A DNA stretch of 20,000 nucleotides from Candidatus Terraquivivens yellowstonensis (GTDB lineage Archaea; Thermoproteota; Nitrososphaeria_A; Caldarchaeales; Wolframiiraptoraceae). The DNA is taken from contig JAKCEW010000001.1 of assembly GCA_023539445.1 (NCBI GenBank), positions 32,050 to 52,049 of the forward strand, read 5' to 3'. The notes beneath the pieces are model-generated. The model ran no database searches and was not told where the DNA came from. It saw only the letters and a list, made by a program, of their open reading frames with translations. This document shows positions 15,539 to 20,000 of the stretch, piece by piece; the first letter of the stretch is position 1, and each line of letters starts with the position of its first letter. Both the position numbers and the translations under genes were made by a program.

Positions 15539-15546
15539 GAAAAAGC

Positions 15547-17016
15547 TCATGTCGTGAAATCTGACGACAGAATTGTCTCTCCTTTTTTCGTCAAAACGTA
15601 AACTTTCTTTTTTCTTTCTGATGGGCTTCCTTCGTTTACAACTGTTATCAAGCCAGCGGCCAAAAGTTCCTGCAGATGCTGATACATTGACGGTAACGTG
15701 ATTGCCAGACCGAATTTTTGTGTAAGAGTTTTCCATAAAAGATACCCATGACTTGGATGTTTTTGTAAAATTTTTAGTATTAAGCGCTTTGTCCTTCCTA
15801 GTCGACTATCTAACGAGGAGGCGAGCATGAATGCTATAGGAGTCTCCGCGGCCGAGTGCTTTATTAAACTCTTGACTGCTGCTGGATCCTTTAAACCTGC
15901 ACCCGTTATTATGCACACAACTTTGTCGGACCTTTCTATTATTCCGTCTTCTAAGGCAACTCTAAGAGCCGCTATTGTTGAGGCTGCGGCTGGCTCAGCA
16001 AATATGCCCTCACATTTGGCTAAAAGTCTTGTGGCTTCGAGTATTTTATTCTCGGATATTGCTAGAGCATAACCATTCGATTCCCTTAAAGCTTTCAAGC
16101 AAAGTTCCCCTAACATAGGTTGCCTGACTGCTATGTCATGGAACGTCATCCCAAAATCTTTAGGTTTGGCAGGTTTATCAAGATTCTTTCTGAATGCTTC
16201 AACTATAGGCGAGCAACTTTTGGCCTGAACACCTAGAAGTCTTGAATGTACACCGTCAATAAGCCCAACATAGCTTAATTCCCTCAGAGCTTTCCATATC
16301 ATCGATAAATGTCCACCCTCGCCGACGGGCACGACAAAGAACTCGGGAGGGGACCAATGAAGTTGCTCGCAGACCTCATATCCAGTAGTTTTTATTCCTT
16401 CAAGAAAAAACGGGTTTGTCACAGATACTGTGTACTCTCCTTCGCATGGATTCTCCAAAAACTTAAGGGCGTCGTCATATGTCTTAACAAAGTTTATTTC
16501 AGCACCACAAACGACGGCCTGATAAAGCTTACCTAATTCGACGCCTAGTGTTGTATAAATCCTGCAGCTTAAACCGGCCTTTGCTGCATATGCAGCAACC
16601 GAGGCACCCAAGTTTCCCCTGCTCACGCACTTAAGTGCGCGATAACCCATACTCTTTGCCTCTGTTGCCTCGATAGCAACTCCTCTGTCCAAGAAAGATC
16701 CAGTAGGATTTACCGTTTCGTTTTTCAAATACAAGTTCTTGATCCCAAGCTCCTCTCCCAGCCTTTCAGCTTTCTGGAGGAAAGTACCACCCTCACCCAA
16801 AGATATAATAAAGTCGTCTTTCATGAGGGGCATGAGAAACGAGTACTTCCACATACTCGAAGGGGTTTTAGCAAGTTCCTCCCTGCTTATGATAGATGAA
16901 AGTTGATCATAATCGTACTCGATAAGTGCTTGGCCGCCACAACTTGGACACCGAATTGGGTTTTTTCTGTTATCAAAGTGTTTGCCGCATCTTATGCATG
17001 AAAGCCTGAAGCCCAT
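15547..17016 (-). CDS. Threonine-synthase-like fold-type II PLP enzyme homologue (catalytic Lys missing) fused to a C-terminal PadR-like winged helix
   Basis: N-terminal zinc ribbon CIRCG...CPSCGG and TS-like core SLGEGGTFL...NETVNPTGSFLDRG...EGIFAEPAAASTIAALRVAL...TGAGLKDP. C-terminal wHTH LILKILQKHPSHGYLLWKTLTQKFGLAITLPSMYQHLQELLAAGLITVVNEGS...KKVYVLTKKGE. Confidence 0.88.
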   Translation of the reverse strand: MGFRLSCIRCGKHFDNRKNPIRCPSCGGQALIEYDYDQLSSIISREELAKTPSSMWKYSFLMPLMKDDFIISLGEGGTFLQKAERLGEELGIKNLYLKNETVNPTGSFLDRGVAIEATEAKSMGYRALKCVSRGNLGASVAAYAAKAGLSCRIYTTLGVELGKLYQAVVCGAEINFVKTYDDALKFLENPCEGEYTVSVTNPFFLEGIKTTGYEVCEQLHWSPPEFFVVPVGEGGHLSMIWKALRELSYVGLIDGVHSRLLGVQAKSCSPIVEAFRKNLDKPAKPKDFGMTFHDIAVRQPMLGELCLKALRESNGYALAISENKILEATRLLAKCEGIFAEPAAASTIAALRVALEDGIIERSDKVVCIITGAGLKDPAAVKSLIKHSAAETPIAFMLASSLDSRLGRTKRLILKILQKHPSHGYLLWKTLTQKFGLAITLPSMYQHLQELLAAGLITVVNEGSPSERKKKVYVLTKKGETILSSDFTT

Positions 17017-17039
17017 ACGGCCTATATGTAGGTTGAAGG

Positions 17040-17048
17040 TTATATATT
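17040..17048. promoter_or_regulatory. Shared bidirectional TATA element between the divergent genes
   Basis: TTATATATT lies 24-32 nt from the minus-strand ATG (17016) and 23-31 nt from the plus-strand ATG (17071), so it is essentially central in the 54-bp spacer. Confidence 0.55.
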
Positions 17049-17070
17049 TTGTTTTTGAAGGAACTTTGGC

Positions 17071-17790
17071 ATGCAGCGCCGTAGCGTACTCATAGCAAAG
17101 TTAGCGGTCTTTACGTCGTTAGTCGCCGTTGCCACGATGGTCCTATCTATTTACGTACCAGCCACTAGAGGTTACTTCAATTTGGGTGAAACTATGATAT
17201 ACTTCACGGCGCTCACGATGGGGCCCGGAATAGCAGCATTTGCAGGCGGCGTAGGTTCCATGATAGCCGACTTAGCACTAGGTTACTACTATTATGCCCC
17301 TGCAACATTACTCATAAAGGCAGCCGAAGGAGCACTTGTCGGATACCTTATCAAGAAAGCTCCGAAGAAGGGTGGATGGCAGCTTGCAGTGGCGTCTTAC
17401 GCGCTCGTTGCTGGATATTTTGTGCTCATACTTCTAATAGGCATTATGCTGTTTGTTGGTGAGGTTGAAGTTTCTATATTCCCGATTGGTGAAGGCGCGC
17501 AATCGTTCATCTTCACGATCGCACCCTATTCGTGGATCGGTTTGGCGGCCGCAGCTATAGCCACGCCAGTCTACTTTGTTGTTAAAGAAAAAGGCTACGA
17601 AGGTTGGTTAATACTTTCTCTGCTCCTTGGCGGACTTATCATGGTCTCAGGATACTTTGTATATGAGCAGTTCTTTTTGAACGTCGCTGCTTTGGCCGAG
17701 ATACCGGTGAACCTTGGACAGTCGATAATAGGAACAGCAGTCGCGATACCACTCTACAAGGCGTTCAAAAAGCTGTATCGAGTTGGCTAA
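17071..17790 (+). CDS. ECF-type transporter substrate-capture (S) component-like membrane protein
   Basis: Multiple TM segments. N-terminal GYFNLGETMIYFTALTMGPGIAAFAGGVGSMIADLALGYYYYAPATLLIKAAEGALVGYLIKK is characteristic of archaeal ECF S components. Confidence 0.8.
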   Translation: MQRRSVLIAKLAVFTSLVAVATMVLSIYVPATRGYFNLGETMIYFTALTMGPGIAAFAGGVGSMIADLALGYYYYAPATLLIKAAEGALVGYLIKKAPKKGGWQLAVASYALVAGYFVLILLIGIMLFVGEVEVSIFPIGEGAQSFIFTIAPYSWIGLAAAAIATPVYFVVKEKGYEGWLILSLLLGGLIMVSGYFVYEQFFLNVAALAEIPVNLGQSIIGTAVAIPLYKAFKKLYRVG

Positions 17791-20000
17791 GCGTTACGAG
17801 TTGCGTTTCTACTTTCTTTTATGAGCAGTTTAGCATGATATTCTTGTAATGATTTAACGGTAAAGACGCCTTCCTTCTTTATCTTCTCGATCGCCTTAAC
17901 GGCAGCTTGAGCCGCCGCTACTGTTGTTATGTATGGTACTTTGCGTTCCACCGCTGCTCTTCTTATTTGGAACTCATCGTCTTTGGAACCCTTACCTTTT
18001 GGGACGTTTATTATCAGGTCTATTTTGTCAGACTTTATGTAATCAAGTATATCTGGGCGGTCTTCACCGATTTTTGGTACGATTTTAACATCTATACCGG
18101 CAGCTGCCAGAACCTCTGCAGTACCTTTCGTTGCCAAGATGTTTAGACCCAATTCCTTCAACTTCTTAGCCACTGGGATTATGCGCATCTTTTCATCATC
18201 CCTCACACTTATGAAGACGTTTCCTTCGGTTGGCAGGCGCATATCCGCTGCCAGTTCAGCCTTATAGTACGCTATTCCAAAGTCTTTGTCAATCCCCATT
18301 ACTTCGCCCGTAGATTTCATCTCAGGGCCTAGCACAACGTCCACCCCAGGCAACTTTGCGAAGGGAAAAACTGCCTCTTTTACCGCCACATGATCTAACT
18401 CTGCTACTTCTCCTAGACCAAACTCGTTGAGGCGATGGCCTACCATAAGCTTCGCTGCGATCTTTACCAGCGGTACACCGGTAGCCTTGCTGACAAAAGG
18501 TACAGTCCTAGAGGCACGGGGGTTGGCCTCGAACACATAAACTTTGCCGTCCTTTATCGCGAACTGAACATTTATCAAACCTACAACATGAAGCTCCCTT
18601 GCTATTTTGCGTGTATAATCTATCATGGTCTCGATCGTTTCTTTGCTAAGGCTGTAGGGCGGTATAACGCATGCAGCATCTCCTGAATGCACTCCTGCCT
18701 CCTCTATGTGCTCCATGACACCGCCTATGTACACATTTTCTCCGTCAGAGATCGCATCGATTTCGGCTTCTATGGCATCCTCTAAGAATTTATCTATTAA
18801 GACTGGATGTTCTGGTGAGACTTTTATCGCCTCTTTCACATACTTGACTAGGGATTCTTCGTCATATACTATCTCCATAGCCCTTCCCCCGAGAACGTAG
18901 GAGGGCCTCACCAGCACGGGATATCCAAGCTTTCTGGCGACCTCCTTTGCCTCTTCTATACTCATGGCCGTTCCGTAGGGTGGTTGAGGTATCTTGAGTT
19001 TTTCCAAAACCTCAGTAAACCTCTTCCTATCCTCCGCTCTGTCTATGTCATCTGGGGTTGTTCCGAGAATCTTTACGCCTTGCTTCTCCAGAGGTATAGC
19101 CAAGTTTAGGGGAGTTTGACCTCCAAGCTGAACAATGACACCTTCGGGTTTTTCTCTCTCAATTATGTTCATCACGTCTTCAAACGTCAGGGGCTCGAAG
19201 TATAGCTTGTCTGAAATATCGAAGTCCGTGCTTACAGTTTCAGGGTTACAATTCACCATTATAACTTCGTAGCCCTCCTCCTTCAATGCCTTGACGGCAT
19301 GTACACAACAATAGTCAAATTCAATCCCCTGCCCGATTCTGTTAGGTCCTGAGCCGAGTATGATTACCTTCTTCTTTTCGCTCTGCCGTACTTCATCTTC
19401 ATCGTCGTAACAGGAATAGTAGTATGGTGTTTCTGCTTCGAATTCGGCCGCGCACGTATCTACCATTTTATACACAGGCACTATACCCATTCTCTTTCTG
19501 AGCTTCCTGACCATGAGTTCGTCGGTCCCTAACAGAAATGCTATTTGCCTGTCTGAGAAGCCAAGCTTCTTGGCTTTACGAAGCACCTCCTTCGGAATAG
19601 TTTCAATCGTGTACTTTGATAATTCATTCTCCATATCAACTATGTTCTTGATCTTCTGAATAAACCACCTATCAATTTTTGTAAGCTCGTAAATCTCATC
19701 AACACTCATACCAATCTTTATTGCATGTCTAATGTAAAACACCCGTTTATGTGTAGGAATTCTGAGATAATCTCGAATAGTCTTTACATCAGGCATCTCC
19801 TCGTCCTTTCCATCAGCTCCTAGACCATATCTTCCAATCTCCAATGATCTTATTGCCTTCTGTAGAGCCTCTTCAAAAGTACGACCTATTGCCATAACCT
19901 CACCAACGGATTTCATCTGCGTTGTTAGCGTTTTATCAGCCTCAGGGAACTTGTCGAAGGGCCATCTAGGAACTTTGACTACCACGTAGTCTATCGTCGG
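17787..20000 (-). CDS. carB: Carbamoyl-phosphate synthase large subunit, C-terminal part; gene truncated by the window edge
   Basis: KVPRWPFDKF, ILGSGPNRIGQGIEFDYCCVHA, NCNPETVSTDFD, GGQTPLNLA, VRPSYVLGGRAM, EANPRASRTVPFVSK, and the C-terminal MGS-like domain. The reading frame is presumed to continue past 20000. Confidence 0.97.
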   Translation of the reverse strand, partial: PTIDYVVVKVPRWPFDKFPEADKTLTTQMKSVGEVMAIGRTFEEALQKAIRSLEIGRYGLGADGKDEEMPDVKTIRDYLRIPTHKRVFYIRHAIKIGMSVDEIYELTKIDRWFIQKIKNIVDMENELSKYTIETIPKEVLRKAKKLGFSDRQIAFLLGTDELMVRKLRKRMGIVPVYKMVDTCAAEFEAETPYYYSCYDDEDEVRQSEKKKVIILGSGPNRIGQGIEFDYCCVHAVKALKEEGYEVIMVNCNPETVSTDFDISDKLYFEPLTFEDVMNIIEREKPEGVIVQLGGQTPLNLAIPLEKQGVKILGTTPDDIDRAEDRKRFTEVLEKLKIPQPPYGTAMSIEEAKEVARKLGYPVLVRPSYVLGGRAMEIVYDEESLVKYVKEAIKVSPEHPVLIDKFLEDAIEAEIDAISDGENVYIGGVMEHIEEAGVHSGDAACVIPPYSLSKETIETMIDYTRKIARELHVVGLINVQFAIKDGKVYVFEANPRASRTVPFVSKATGVPLVKIAAKLMVGHRLNEFGLGEVAELDHVAVKEAVFPFAKLPGVDVVLGPEMKSTGEVMGIDKDFGIAYYKAELAADMRLPTEGNVFISVRDDEKMRIIPVAKKLKELGLNILATKGTAEVLAAAGIDVKIVPKIGEDRPDILDYIKSDKIDLIINVPKGKGSKDDEFQIRRAAVERKVPYITTVAAAQAAVKAIEKIKKEGVFTVKSLQEYHAKLLIKESRNATRNA

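Noticed and set aside
1-20000. CRISPR array, transposon, integrase, toxin-antitoxin or phage defence system
   Set aside because: No regularly spaced repeats, no transposase or integrase motifs, and no defence-family motifs in the ORFs. The content is core archaeal metabolism and information processing.

Overview
Archaeal chromosomal window that is mostly densely packed housekeeping and metabolic genes. I see no CRISPR array, transposon, phage or defence island. From left to right: topoisomerase VI subunit B; a convergent aIF1A-RIO1 kinase pair; a PAC2-family protein; a branched-chain aminotransferase (ilvE-like); a helical-plus-double-cupin protein; a 2TM-domain protein; a cysteine synthase-like enzyme followed by a JAMM/MPN metallopeptidase; a radical SAM/SPASM protein; an isolated 5S rRNA gene on the minus strand, absent from the ORF track; a two-gene operon with a membrane-anchored winged-helix protein; a ~500 bp non-coding region with inverted repeats; and a DegT-family aminotransferase. 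Next comes a minus-strand operon UbiX-UbiD-AcnX(large)-AcnX(small/DUF126), matching the archaeal modified mevalonate pathway. The window ends with a threonine-synthase-like protein fused to a PadR-like winged helix, a divergent ECF-transporter S component, and a truncated carB. The most interesting signal is the threonine-synthase-like/PadR fusion. Its PLP Schiff-base lysine is replaced by leucine (NPTGSFLDRG instead of NPTGSFKDRG). It diverges from the S-component gene across a 54 bp spacer with one near-central, near-palindromic TATA element. This suggests a previously undescribed pseudoenzyme sensor/regulator, analogous in logic to MocR/PdxR but built on fold-type II.
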